Shown here piece after piece: positions 1-11,360 of a stretch of 64,000 nucleotides of DNA (position 1 is its first letter; the number at the start of each line of letters is the position of its first letter). Below the pieces are notes generated by a model. That model searched no databases and was not told the origin of the DNA. It saw nothing but the letters and a program-made list of their open reading frames with translations. A program made the translations under genes and the position numbers. The DNA lies in the NCBI GenBank assembly GCA_964187785.1, contig OZ076409.1:63428001-63492000 (forward strand). Direction: 5' to 3'. The DNA is from Amphiscolops sp. MND2022. Its lineage: Eukaryota.

Positions 1-1007
1 TTGTATTCCTTGCAAAAGGATTACCCAGCATGTTGACTATCCGATCATGGCTGATCTACCTGATTGTCGCTTACCTTCTGCCAACCACTTTCCATTTCTT
101 ACTACAGGACTCAATTTCGTTGGTCCGTTTCCCATCAAAGACAATGGTCAATTCGAGAGACGATATTGCTTGCAATTTACTTGCCTTGTCACAAGAGCTG
201 TTCATATCGAAACTTGTGCTGATCTTAATACTGAGAAAACCCTCATGGCAAAACGTCGTTTCGTTTCTTTGCGTGGAAATCCACAACAAATCTACTCTGA
301 CAATGCGACAACATTCATCAAAGCTAGTAAAGAACTGAAAGATGGCATTGAGAACCTTCGAACGGACAATTCCTTTCGCGACGCCTTGTTACTACTCCAT
401 TTGGATTGGCGCTTTATCCCCCCATCATCGCCTCATTTTGGTGGTTCTTGGGAGAGTTTGGTAAAGGTGTTCAAGAACGCTTTTTACCGTGTAATTGGTT
501 CTCGAACTTTGACTCATGACACCCTCTCGACGTTTGTGTGCGAGGTTGCTGCTATGATGAATGGTCGACCTCTTACTCAAGTATCCAGCGATTTCCGAGA
601 CGTGGAACCAATCACACCAAACCTTTTCCTGCTGGGCCGTCCATCGCCAAATTTTCCACCCGGCATTTTCTTGGACAAGTCAATTACTCAAAATCTCCAG
701 CAGTTGGAAGCAAACACAACAGATCTCTGATCAGTTTTGGAATCGTTTTCTGAAAGAATACACGCCTACTCTCCTCAAGCGTGGCAAATGGTCCACTCCA
801 ACCCAGAATTTGCAGCCTGGCGACTTGATTTGGGTACTAGAAGATTTTACACCACGTGGGTTATGGCCGATGGCAAGAGTTGACAAAGTGTTTCCGGGGG
901 CGGATTGAGTCGTACGATCTTGCAGACTCAAAACGACCTATGGCTACATTCACAGACCAGTCGTGAAGTTGTCAAAAATCCCTGTCGACATCGTAAACAA
1001 AACTTGA
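1..1007 (+). mobile_element. 3' end of a BEL/Pao LTR retrotransposon pol (integrase core + C-terminal domain), disrupted, runs in from the window edge
   Basis: Motifs MADLP..RL, FTCLVTRAVHIE, IYSDNATTF, WRFIPPSSPHFGGSWESLVK, MNGRPL, FWNRFLKEY and PRGLWPMARV. Frameshift near 690 and a stop at 906-908. Confidence 0.93.
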
Positions 1008-1076
1008 AACTTCGCCTTAATTTTACCTGAATAGTGATATCAACTTTCATCCAAACCCTTTTTCGGGGTCGGAATA

Positions 1077-1269
1077 TGTTGTGACTCAACATTTTGATCG
1101 ATGAATTTCGACGTGAAATCTTTTGAATAATTTTTGATTGTTGTTTAATTCGTATTGCTCATAGCAAGTTCTCCTGAATGGAATTATTCAAAAGTTAATC
1201 TTTGCGTTTTTGCAAGATATAGAAACGAAACTCAAGAAAAGAAAAGAGAAAGAGGAAACCAATTCTACA
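1077..1269 (+). repeat. Probable 3' LTR of the BEL fragment
   Basis: Starts TGTTG directly after a PPT-like ggggtcggaata. The CA end at 1269 is a guess because the partner LTR is outside the window. Confidence 0.5.
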
Positions 1270-1320
1270 GGTGAATATATTTTGAAACTGTCCCCTCTTT
1301 GTTACCCCTCCTCTTTTCTG

Positions 1321-1463
1321 ATTATTCTTATATAATAAAAATATTTTATATAATATCAGTTATTTTACTGGTCTCAACCTTTTACTAACCTCAGGTTAGT
1401 AAAAGGTTGAGACCAGTAAAATAACTGATATTATATAAAATATATTTATTATATAAGAATAAT
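1321..1463. repeat. Near-perfect 143-bp palindrome (71-bp arms, 1-nt centre at 1392)
   Basis: attattcttatataa...ttttactaacct-c-aggttagtaaaa...ttatataagaataat, with one mismatch seen. Confidence 0.95.
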
Positions 1464-1799
1464 ATAAGGCTTAGTCAGTGTTTCCGGGCATTTCCTGACC
1501 ATTCATTTTATGGCCACTGTCCCCACGACTGCTATGACGAATTCACCCATTATGCGAGGTCAGTAACAATCGTCGATGATGATGATGAACAGTGTTCTGG
1601 AAAGACTGCCTTTGAAGTCGGCGGTACCACCCAGACTACGGCGGTGAACTATTGCTTAAAATTCGGTCCTGACCCACTGAAGATTTTCTATAAGATGATC
1701 GATCCAACATGGTTGATAATAATTGCATCCGTTAGGTGTAACATAATGTTTTCTAACTTCACGTCAAATAATAATAATTTTGTTAACTTCAGTGAGTGA
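1464..1799 (+). CDS. Candidate exon of an unidentified gene (Cys-containing, no ATG at its start)
   Basis: Stop-free frame 1425-1799 with raised GC: QCFRAFPDHSFYGHCPHDCYDEFTHYARSVTIVDDDDEQCSGKTAFEVGGTTQTTAVNYCLKFGPDPLKIFYKMIDPTW. AG acceptors near 1468-1478. Boundaries uncertain. Confidence 0.35.
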   Translation: MRLSQCFRAFPDHSFYGHCPHDCYDEFTHYARSVTIVDDDDEQCSGKTAFEVGGTTQTTAVNYCLKFGPDPLKIFYKMIDPTWLIIIASVRCNIMFSNFTSNNNNFVNFSE

Positions 1800-2090
1800 T
1801 CAACGATAAAAACAAATTTTCGAAGAAAAGTTGACTGTTGTTCGCTTCATCGTTGAAGCCAAATCCTGGGACCGAGAAGCTGCGAAAAATGTTTTTTTTT
1901 GTATTTGAGGGACAAAGTTAGGAGTCCGGTGAGTCTCTGCCAATAGTGAATACCAGATAAAAAATAACAGGAAAATATGCATAACGATCATCACAAGAAA
2001 CGCGAAGACAAGGACGAACTAACAAATCTTTATAGGAACCATTTGGCAGCACAAACCGTCATAACAATTTATCACAACAAATAATAGAAA

Positions 2091-2477
2091 AACAAGCCGG
2101 GAACGGCCCAAGTCGGCGCCTTATCTAAGGCTCAAAAATAGCAAAAGGATTTCAAAGTGTCAAGAATTCTCTTCTACAGTACCCGCATGAGGAAACAATA
2201 AAAAAATTGAAATTTTCGAATTTTTTTGAAATTTTTTTTGGTCTCCGGTAAGTCGCATAGTGCCGAAAAGTGTAAAAGGGGACCTCAAAAAAGTCTAATT
2301 AACCTCTCTCTCAAGTGTCAGTAGAAGTAGTGTGGCAGTTAGTGTCAATACAAGTCAGCTTATAAAGCTTATAAAATCTGTCACTTCGTTGGTCTTAAAA
2401 AAAAAGAAAAAAGTCACTGCTACAGTCTGCGTTTTCTACGAAAAGCGTCGACTAACAAGCCGGGATGGGCCCAAGTC
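2091..2477. mobile_element. Helentron-like non-autonomous element (HINE family A), followed by the head of a second copy
   Basis: One end is AACAAG-GCCGGGAACGGC stem-loop-AGTCGGCGC and the other is AAAAGCGTCGACTAA (sub-terminal inverted repeat). A new caagccgggatgggcccaagtc begins immediately after 2455. Confidence 0.7.
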
Positions 2478-3616
2478 ATCCTTCTTGAGATCTGGATTAA
2501 ATTGCCGGATCTCTTTTTTGCTTTTTTGATGACTCTTTTTCAATGTCTTCGGACTTCATTGCATCGAGTCATGTACGAATTGCAGACTTGTATACGAATT
2601 TTATTTCTAACTGAGCTCTCGAAAGCTGCTGAAGGAAGTAGTAAATTTTATACGTCCCTCTTCTGTATCATCAATGTACAATCCTAATGGAGAAATAAAT
2701 GGGAGTAGTACGTGTTCCTAATTTGTAGGAAACATATTCTTGAGACTTTTCCAAAACGCATTTTGGAAATTGACTTATCATACTCCCTTTGAATTTATTG
2801 TGCGTATATAAACCCAAACAACTCGTTGCTTCTGTGGTTATCCTTGAATTGTTTTTACTCATTGACATTTTCATATTCAGCACAAACTCGTCGGTACGTT
2901 TTCAGATGTGAATGTCTCGAATCTCACAACTCCCTGTAACTGACCCACCTGAAAGTCTTCAATCAAGTTATAAGGGGTACCGTTTTGATTTCTGAGTATC
3001 AAGAGACTGAAAACAAGATTACCTTCGTTTCAAAGTTTGATTTTTAACAAACTTTCGTTCGAATGATTTCGCTCAAAAATCTCTTTGTGGGGACCATATT
3101 TCTATAAGCGAAGTTCCAGTCCGATTTATTGTGTTACTGTTCTTTTTTAGTCGCAAACAGGAGCTTTTTTCAAGACCAGCGAATTGACAAATTTTTAATT
3201 ATTCTTTCATTTGGAACTTGACTTGGACTATTGGTCAGTGAGGGAGTGACAATCGACTGAGACTGTAAGGCAATGGTTTGTCGGTTCTAAACTCGCGATG
3301 GACCTTTTTCGGATTTTCGCAAAACGGGAGACCAAAGGGTTCAAAAATGCAAACACTTTCAAAATGCGAAGAAATATTTTTTGAAATTTTTCATCAAAAT
3401 TTTTCTTACTATCGTTTCGTAAAAGCACCGTTTTAGGTTATTTAGGTTATGAAAACAACGCATTGTCTGTTTTTCTTTCCAGTATTGTATGCTTGTTGTC
3501 AGAAAAATTGGGATATTCTGCATAGAATATAGTCATGGTTCACTCTAAAAGGAATGGTGTTTTACACCAAAAAGCAAAATGAAAAATGTTGGAATCTGTT
3601 TCAGAAGAATAGAAAA

Positions 3617-3909
3617 ATAATTTCTATTTTGCCGCCCTGAATGGTCACCGAAGAAACAATTCTGCTTTTCTAAGTCGGCGCTCTTTAGGATAGCCAGCTT
3701 TGGTACCATATTTGCAGCAATGGTCGGCTTGAAGCTGTGGTTTCGAAATGACTTGCTCAAGATCACAAAGGTCTGACTGCTCCTTGTTGCTTTTTCTTCG
3801 CCAAATACATCAGTTTTTGTCATTGGCCAACAATGGTGTGTTGACAGATTTTCGAATCTGGTACCGCTTCAATGCAGGCCGAATGCTCTAACCGCTACAC
3901 CATGCTCCC
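3617..3909 (-). mobile_element. tRNA-derived SINE, same family as 43714-44094
   Basis: Minus strand reads gggagcatggtgtagcggttagagcattcggcctg...gattcgaa...tgtgatcttgagcaagtcattt...gcgccgacttagaaaagcagaa, colinear with the + copy. Confidence 0.85.
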
Positions 3910-4922
3910 ACTTTTTAAAACAATGGTTCTTGAAAACAGGTAACTAGTTTTCAAAAATTTTCAAAAAAGTTTGTTGGCACAACATTTTTCCTTGTGTTAT
4001 GGCAATATGTCACGACTCATTTCTTGCCGAAATTGTCGAATTCAATCGAAAAATCATTATTTCGAAAGAGGGCGACAGTACATGGTATATACGAGCAGAA
4101 CATGCAACAAGCACTCAAGAGCTGGCGTAAAAAGACGAAAGGACACAAAATCGTAAAAGGATAGAAACAAGACTTCTCAAAAGATTTTTTCACGTTCAGA
4201 TCAAATTTCCGGATCTCAGAGAACAAGAAAGTTTCAGTTTTTGAATATTATTGGCTCTTTAGGTGTACCTTTTGACGAAGTGTGTCCCATCTTTTCTCGA
4301 TTTCCTCGTTTTGTATTATTGTTACTTTTGATTCGTAAATACATATACCTCACAGGAATTTTGTGTTTTTGGGCTTCTGATTCTTCGCAATTTTAACCCT
4401 GAAGTTTTTCATTTTCAGACCAGATGCAAGTACCAAGTTTAAGTGAGGTTCCGTCCTACACGTTTTTGATAGCTACTTGAACGTTCGTCTTTTGAGCCTG
4501 ATGCAGTTAAAGACGCGAACGTACGATGGAGATAACGCCTTTGAAAGATCCTCTTAAGAACTACTTTCCGTGTAATGTGGCTAAGGTAAATAGTGTCTCT
4601 AGTCCTGGACTATACTAGCTCCTTACGTTTCCCAGGTCGTGTTAGCGACCAGAGCTAGGGACACGTTAGTTACACGCCAGTTTTCGTTGTAGCAATTTGA
4701 GAAAGTGACACTTTCGTGTGTCGTTGGTGGTAGAATGTTTGCTTCAAATGGTTTGGAGAGAAGGTTTTTAACTGGCGTGAATTGCAAAAGAGGAAGTCAT
4801 GCTTTGAATGGCACTGGAAATTTATGACAAAATAAACACTGATGAACATCGAAGGATAAAAAAAGTAGTAATTTGGTAGCTGCAAATTCTTGGAAAATCG
4901 AGAAGTTATCGGAATTCTTTGA

Positions 4923-5701
4923 TTAAGCTTCGGTCACCCGTTTTCTAGCTGCATCGCCGCTTTTGTCTTCGCTTTTTGTGTCATTAAAAGAATGCAGAAG
5001 ATGACCCGATGATTTTCTGGGGTTGTCACAAGACGAAATTGTTGCGTGATCATCTTCGGAACTGCTACGTAACTTTTCAGCCGCTATCTCGTTTGATCTT
5101 TTACGTAAACAGTCTGCAAAATTCAGCAACATGTGAGTAATAGCTTTGTCTACTCTAAATTGTGCAATCCAACTTTTGATATCTGTGGAAAGAAATCTCA
5201 CAAATTCACATTTCTCAGGATCGTTGTCGACTTTTTTGATTATATACCCCATTATTTTACACTCCCCTCTCGTTAGTTTTTCCCTGGGTTTTGATACGTC
5301 TTCGGAACTGCTTGAAATTTGATTTCCTGAGTCGTTGCTATCCGCGTTATTCGTTGGATAATCGATTGAGGAGCCGAAAGAAAACAAAGTATTCCCGATA
5401 GTAGTCGTGCGCATGGCCACTATGAACTCTCGTTGGGCAATGTTGCGTTTACTCTCCATCTCATTGGACACGATTCGCAAGACCTTGGTTACGTCATTGA
5501 TGTCATGTAACAAAGTCGTGCTGTTGACTGTTTTGTCCCACTCCGGCACTAGTTCGTAGTTACATAACTCGGAATGCAATTGTTGAGGCGAGAGGTTGAT
5601 GACCATTTCAAGTTTATAAACTCTGCCTAGTTCGGCCATTTGTTTCATGCAAACACAAGTGCCCAGAGATCCACATTCTTCTAGCTTCCAGTCTTCTCCT
5701 G
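4923..5701 (-). CDS. STARD3: STARD3/MLN64-like, last exon: START lipid-transfer domain
   Basis: Acceptor ttttttttccag| at 5702 (phase 1). EDWKLEE...GRVYKLE...PEWDK...QREFI...LSTDIKSWI resembles the STARD1/3 START domain. Stop at 4923-4925. Confidence 0.9.
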
Positions 5702-8301
5702 CTGGAAAAAAAAGAGAAAAAAGTCACGCCAGAGGTCAAATCTTGAGGTCTCGTCAGAGATAAAGTTGAAATCAAAGCCCATTTAGTTTGTCCATTATGC
5801 GAAAAACGGTTTCCATTTTTTGAAAAGCTCGTTGAAAAGTAATCTCGTACATACATTTTTCATTTATTCCAAGATTAATTAATTTTTAAAATGACTGTTT
5901 CTTTTGCCCCTTTTTTGACAAAGAATAATTATCCAACCTGACTGAGCTGTCAAGTTTTAAATTGAAAGAGATCAGTAATTTCCTTTCAATAATTTACTTG
6001 TAACTCAAAAGCACTGTTGTTCTCAAAGGATTCAATTTGCTTCTTTTCCTAGGATTACCGAGCTTTAGCTAAAATGAAAGTATTCATGTGCGCTTGATTC
6101 GCCAGTCGAGTTTAATAAGAACCACACAAGCATGAATAAAAAGTCCAATAATGGTATTCTTTCAGTCTGATAGTGTGTCCTTGAACACTGTCCAACACTA
6201 GTGGAGACTGTTGCTGTTCAAGCATTGCCTGTATGCATTGTAATTTTTTATGAAACCTAAAACATTCAGTAAGCTTGCGGCGGTAAATTTTGTACACTGT
6301 AGTTTCCACTATTCCCTGCTTGAAACTGCATGAAAATTTTTGTAGGATGCCAAGCTAGTTTATCATGATTTTGCAGAGCTCTCAAAGAAAATTCCATGCA
6401 TCAACATTTCACTGATTCAATTTAATTTTATAAAGATGCCAGAAAGATGCATCCTAAATTTGGCGGTGTTCAGAGTCAAAAAGTTTTAAGATGCATTAAT
6501 TCTATTTTTAAATGTTTTGATTGAAGTTGGGGAAGCTGCATTGTAGTAATCCTACGACGTTTTTCCAGGAATACCTATAGGTATACCAATAGGCTCATGG
6601 AACCTTCCATGTTTTGTAGAAAAAACATTAGCCTAGCATGCATGGAAGCAGCATGAAAAACTTGCAAAAAACCAGGCTTGCAATTAAAATCGGAAATTTC
6701 TCCTACATCGTTACCGACATGATCGCGATTGTTTTCGAACTTTGATTTCTCAACAACTCTTCCGAGGTAGTCTGTTCTCAAATAACACGAAGATGATGGT
6801 AGTTTGCAGTTCACATTGTCAACAAAGTTAATTTGTATTTGATATTCTTGCACTACGCAACTTGCACAATAAATTCAAATAATCACTCCCAAAATACTAG
6901 AAGACCACTATTTTGGTTAATTTTAGACATTTTTTCTGAAGGTTTTTAAACGATTTCTTCATAAAAAAAATTTGATAAGATGCTAGTTTTTGTCCCTAAA
7001 TTATGTGGATAATGATACTCCCAAAAACTTTCGAAAACTGTACAATACTTCTATCAAAATTACAAATCAAAAAAGGCCAACTTCGGAATATTTTTTCAAC
7101 AAATAATTTTTTATAATTAGCTTTCAAGTCTTGGTTTCTTAGGGAGTATAAAACAGGGCAGAACTGAAAAAATTGTTAACTGTTAGTTATAAAGTTATAA
7201 ATCATTGTATTTTGAGGAGTTTTGGAGTTTTCCCAATGAATTACGCAAAATCTCAAAAACTCGGTCAGAGGAAAAACTTCTGAAGATCATCTTTGTAGCC
7301 TTGACACCATTCTCTAACTTTTATGTATAACACTTTCTGAAAATGATTTCTTGAAAAATTAATAGCCAAAAGCGTTGTAGATTCGCCAAAACATTATTTC
7401 CACGAAGTTAATGTTATATTCTACGACTAAATTAAGATAGAAAGAAAAGGAGTTAAACTAAAGTTTCTATTCCCAATCTTCTCTGTAATGTCTTCTGTAT
7501 CAAAACTATATACGAAATGAGTATAAAGTAATACAATCTAATTTGAGTTTGTTTGTAAACAACTCTTAGGTACATCAGAAGATTGAGTAGTAGTTTGTAA
7601 CCGAAACTCGGTAGAGGTCATTCGGATGAACCGTACAACAGTTAAAATGTTGAAAAATTCGAAATTTTTAATGAAAATCTTGATAGAATTTTAGAAAAAA
7701 AACTTAATTTTTCACATTGTCACATTTTTAAGATAGATTGTGGCAATTCCGCGTTTCTGTGAAAATTCATAGATTATGAAAATTTTTCAAACTTCTATTC
7801 GTTTCTTGTAGTGATTTCGAAACTTTTGGAACACTTTTGTGTAGGAGCATTTTGGAAAATCACAGAAAAGTTGTTAGAAACCGTCAAAAACACGTAAATT
7901 TCCAAGCCGTTTAAATGAGGTACTGCAAGCACCGCAGCTTGAGATTGTTAACGAGCGGTTTTATAATGTAGTTAAGACGCACGGCATAAACCCTATTTAC
8001 CAAAAAAAAAGTTTTTGGGAATAACCTTGTATGATATTCCCGAACTTTTCACTCTGCTATCAACGGGCATCATGCTCACAAACTGCTCAACTTAGTTTTT
8101 CAAAACGAGTCAATAAAATGTCAAGATTCACAAAAAACAGCTTGGGAGGGACCCTTTAGGCACGTCCGACTCTGTAGGTTTCATTGACAAAGTAAAAAAT
8201 GAAAGGGGGGACCCTTTGGACTAAGTTTGCCTTGGCCTTAGGTGGTTTCAGGATTGTTTCTAAAAAGTGGACCGATCAGTGTGAGGTATGTGGTCAGAAG
8301 A

Positions 8302-9134
8302 AACAAGACGAGAACGTCTAAAGTCGGCGCTATATCTAAGGCTCAAAAAGCGCAAAACATTTGTTTTGGAAAAAAATTTGAAATTTTAGAATTGTTTTCT
8401 TTCAAAAAATGTCGCACAGTGCCGCAAAAAATCCAAAGGCGGGACCCTTTAGGCACGTCCGGCTTTGTAGGTTTCCTTGAAAAAGTAAAAAAATGAAAGA
8501 GGGGACCCTTTGCACTAAGTTTGCCTTGGCCGGACTTGGCCTTAGGTGGTTTCAGCACGGCCTTAGGTGGTTTCAGCGATGTTCCTAAAAAGTGGACCAA
8601 TCAGAGTGAATGACGTGGTCTGAAGAAAAAACAAGCCGGGAACGGCCCAAGTCGGCGCCATATCTATAGCTCAAAAATACCAAAAGGACTTCAAAAGGTC
8701 AAAGTATTGGTGAATTGGGGGCCCTTTTATGAAAAAAAAATTTTGAAAAAAGTCTCACAATGCCGAAAAAAACTGAAAGGGTGGACCCTTTGGGATTTTT
8801 CAATATCCATTCTGTAGGAAAATATCAAAAAAATGAAGGGGGACCCTTCGGTGAAAATTTTTGTTTCGAAAAAAGTCTCACAGAGCCGAAAATACTCTAA
8901 GGGAGTAGCCTTTGGCCCCCTTGAGTTTCTTAGATGTAAAAATACTACTTCGTAAGCTAAGTAAGAATTGTATGAAATTGAGAAATTGTAATATTGTAAG
9001 AATTGTAAGAAAAGTGGACCATTCAGAGTGAGATTGTCAGCTGAAAAAAACTACCCACTGTAATAGTCGGGCCACTAAAAAAGGTCACTGCTTTAGTCGG
9101 GCATTTTTCCTTAAAAGGAAAACGCGCCGACTAA
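8302..9134. mobile_element. HINE family A, two nested copies (second head at about 8630), in STARD3 intron 5
   Basis: Heads aacaagacgagaacgtctaaagtcggcgc and aacaagccgggaacggcccaagtcggcgc, internal ggggaccctt repeats, tail tagtcgggcatttttccttaaaaggaaaacgcgccgactaa. Confidence 0.8.
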
Positions 9135-9513
9135 AAAGGAAAAAATGAAAACGACCTAATGCCTAATAACAATTACGGAAAAAAATACTTAGTTCGCTAA
9201 ACTACTTCGCTCACAAGTGTCTCGTCGAAAAACATTGTTTCCGAAGATAAAAATGAACGCCTCCAAAATAACCGGCAGTGTTCTTTTGCGATGGTCATCA
9301 AACAATAGTTTTGACTAAATGAACGACCGCCATACTGCGTTCCCAGCACCAAACACCCAATGTAAAACCGCAACAACAGATTCTAAGAATACTGTATATC
9401 TTTTGCTATGAATTTATATTTCACTTTTGTCGTTCGAAAATAGTTTTAGATATTTTCATTGCCATAAATAGAAATGGCAAGATATTTTTCGTCTAACACT
9501 GTAGGAGACTAAC

Positions 9514-9792
9514 GTAGATCGTGTAATCTGACCCCAATCTCGAATGCTTCTCTCGACTCAATCTCTGCCATTTTCTCTATGGTGCTGAGATCTTCGTCTT
9601 CTTCCAAAATTGGAAGTACAATTCGGTTCTCCTCGCCAATCTCGCTGCCGTTCACTGTGACGTAGATGCTGTTGGCGTCTTCGTGGCCAGTAGGGCGATG
9701 CTGTGATGATGACGTCAACCCGACTCTGGCCAGTGCGTCGTTCACGTCTGGCGCTACTTGACCGTTCGGCAAGTTGAAGTTCGTATGATTAG
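9514..9792 (-). CDS. STARD3: STARD3 exon 5: linker and start of the START domain
   Basis: Acceptor tttttgtacag| (phase 1) and donor CTAC|GTTAGT (phase 1). The 279-nt exon keeps frame with both neighbours. Confidence 0.8.
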
Positions 9793-10343
9793 CTGTACAA
9801 AAATACACTAGATGACGGAAAATGCGAATCTTCAAAGATTTGGGCAGGTAATGAAGATCTTGCAAAACTCTTTTAGAAAACTTACATCTTGAAGATTATG
9901 AAAATTATGCATATCGTACAAATACTTACAGATTGTTGGGAGAACCATTTCTTGAAGAAATCTTGCAAGATCATATTTCAAATTTATACAAGGAAAAACT
10001 GAAAGTCTTCATAATCCTGACAAACTGTATCGGAAAGTTGCTTCCGAGAATGACCATAAACAGTAGAGACATAATCATACCTTTTATACATCGGCAAAAC
10101 AAAGCAAAATTATTGATTTGACCCACCCTAGTATGGAAGAGGCCATGCTTCGCCCTTTTACCGGCTTAATTCACTTGAAAATTTGAAGTTCACATATGAT
10201 ATACCGACAAAAAATTCAAATACCAATTCTTGAAATGAATCAGGAGCAAGAGGCGCAGTGACACTGCAATGTTTGTGCGTACATCCCGCTAAAATTACTT
10301 TGAGAAAAGAAACAGACACATTCCACTTTAGATTGTAGACAAG

Positions 10344-11360
10344 TGTCGGAACGTGCATCGTGTCCATTTGCGACGGTACTTAGTAAGTTCCCTTCTCTAT
10401 AGCTAGAGGATATCTTTTGTGTTAAAGCTAGGACCAAGTTTGTCAATTCACTGATTTGTCTGTTCATTTCAGAGAATCGCTGGTTTACGGCATGTCAGTC
10501 TCATTTCGGTGACTTAACACGTTTTCATCATCCAATTCATTCATTTGTTCTCTTGTAAGAACATCTGGCACACTGTCTTTACTCTCAGCATCACTATATC
10601 TGTCCATTCCGCTCATATCTGCTGATCTACTTTTTGTTGTTTGAGATCTTGTATTGACCATAAAGAGATTCTGGAGTTTATGAGATTTGAATTGAATCGT
10701 TGAAGGATATGGTTTAAGTATTGAAAGGAAGAAGTTACGTTAATACAAGTATTGATGTGGTTAGCAACTGCACGTTATGACTTCACAAAATCTACTGCTT
10801 GCACACTCTTGCCTATTATCGAGTATGTCGGTGTTGGTCACTTGGCTACAACGACGAATCAATTTGCTGTGTTATACTGGTGTTGATTCGCACCCCGATT
10901 AGTAATTGCGCAATTTGAGTCTAAATCTGGTATTGCTTAGAAATATAATGTGGTCGCGTTACCATAGTTACGTGACTCACTAATTGGTATACCCATTTAT
11001 TATTGTGATGTGGTTATGCTGCTGTCATTATATGAACTAATGGTTAATATGAATACTAATCATGAGGTTAACTGCATGAAGATAGAAATGAAATTGTTGG
11101 TGGTGTGTCACCCACTTCACGTGCACAATTAACTATTGTATCATGAAATTGATATAAATGGTATAAATGGACAATGTATGGATTGTGACTGTGAAAGTCC
11201 AATGCTTTTGGAAATTATATAAAAACGATGCATCAAAAAAGTATGAGTTCAAGTTTCATGATGTGGTTTAGTTGTCTACATCCTTTTCCTTTTTCCTATA
11301 CTTTTCCTTCCCGTAGTTCACTACATCTTTGTTTGTTGTTTTCATGCGTGAGGCATGACA
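10344..11360 (-). mobile_element. Solo LTR (1017 bp) with 5-bp TSD, containing the start of a gag-like ORF
   Basis: TG...CA termini flanked by ACAAG at 10339-10343 and 11361-11365. ATG at 10661 gives MVNTRSQTTKS... then, after a frameshift, MNRQISELTNLVLALTQKIS...GHDARSD ending at the LTR edge. Confidence 0.8.
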
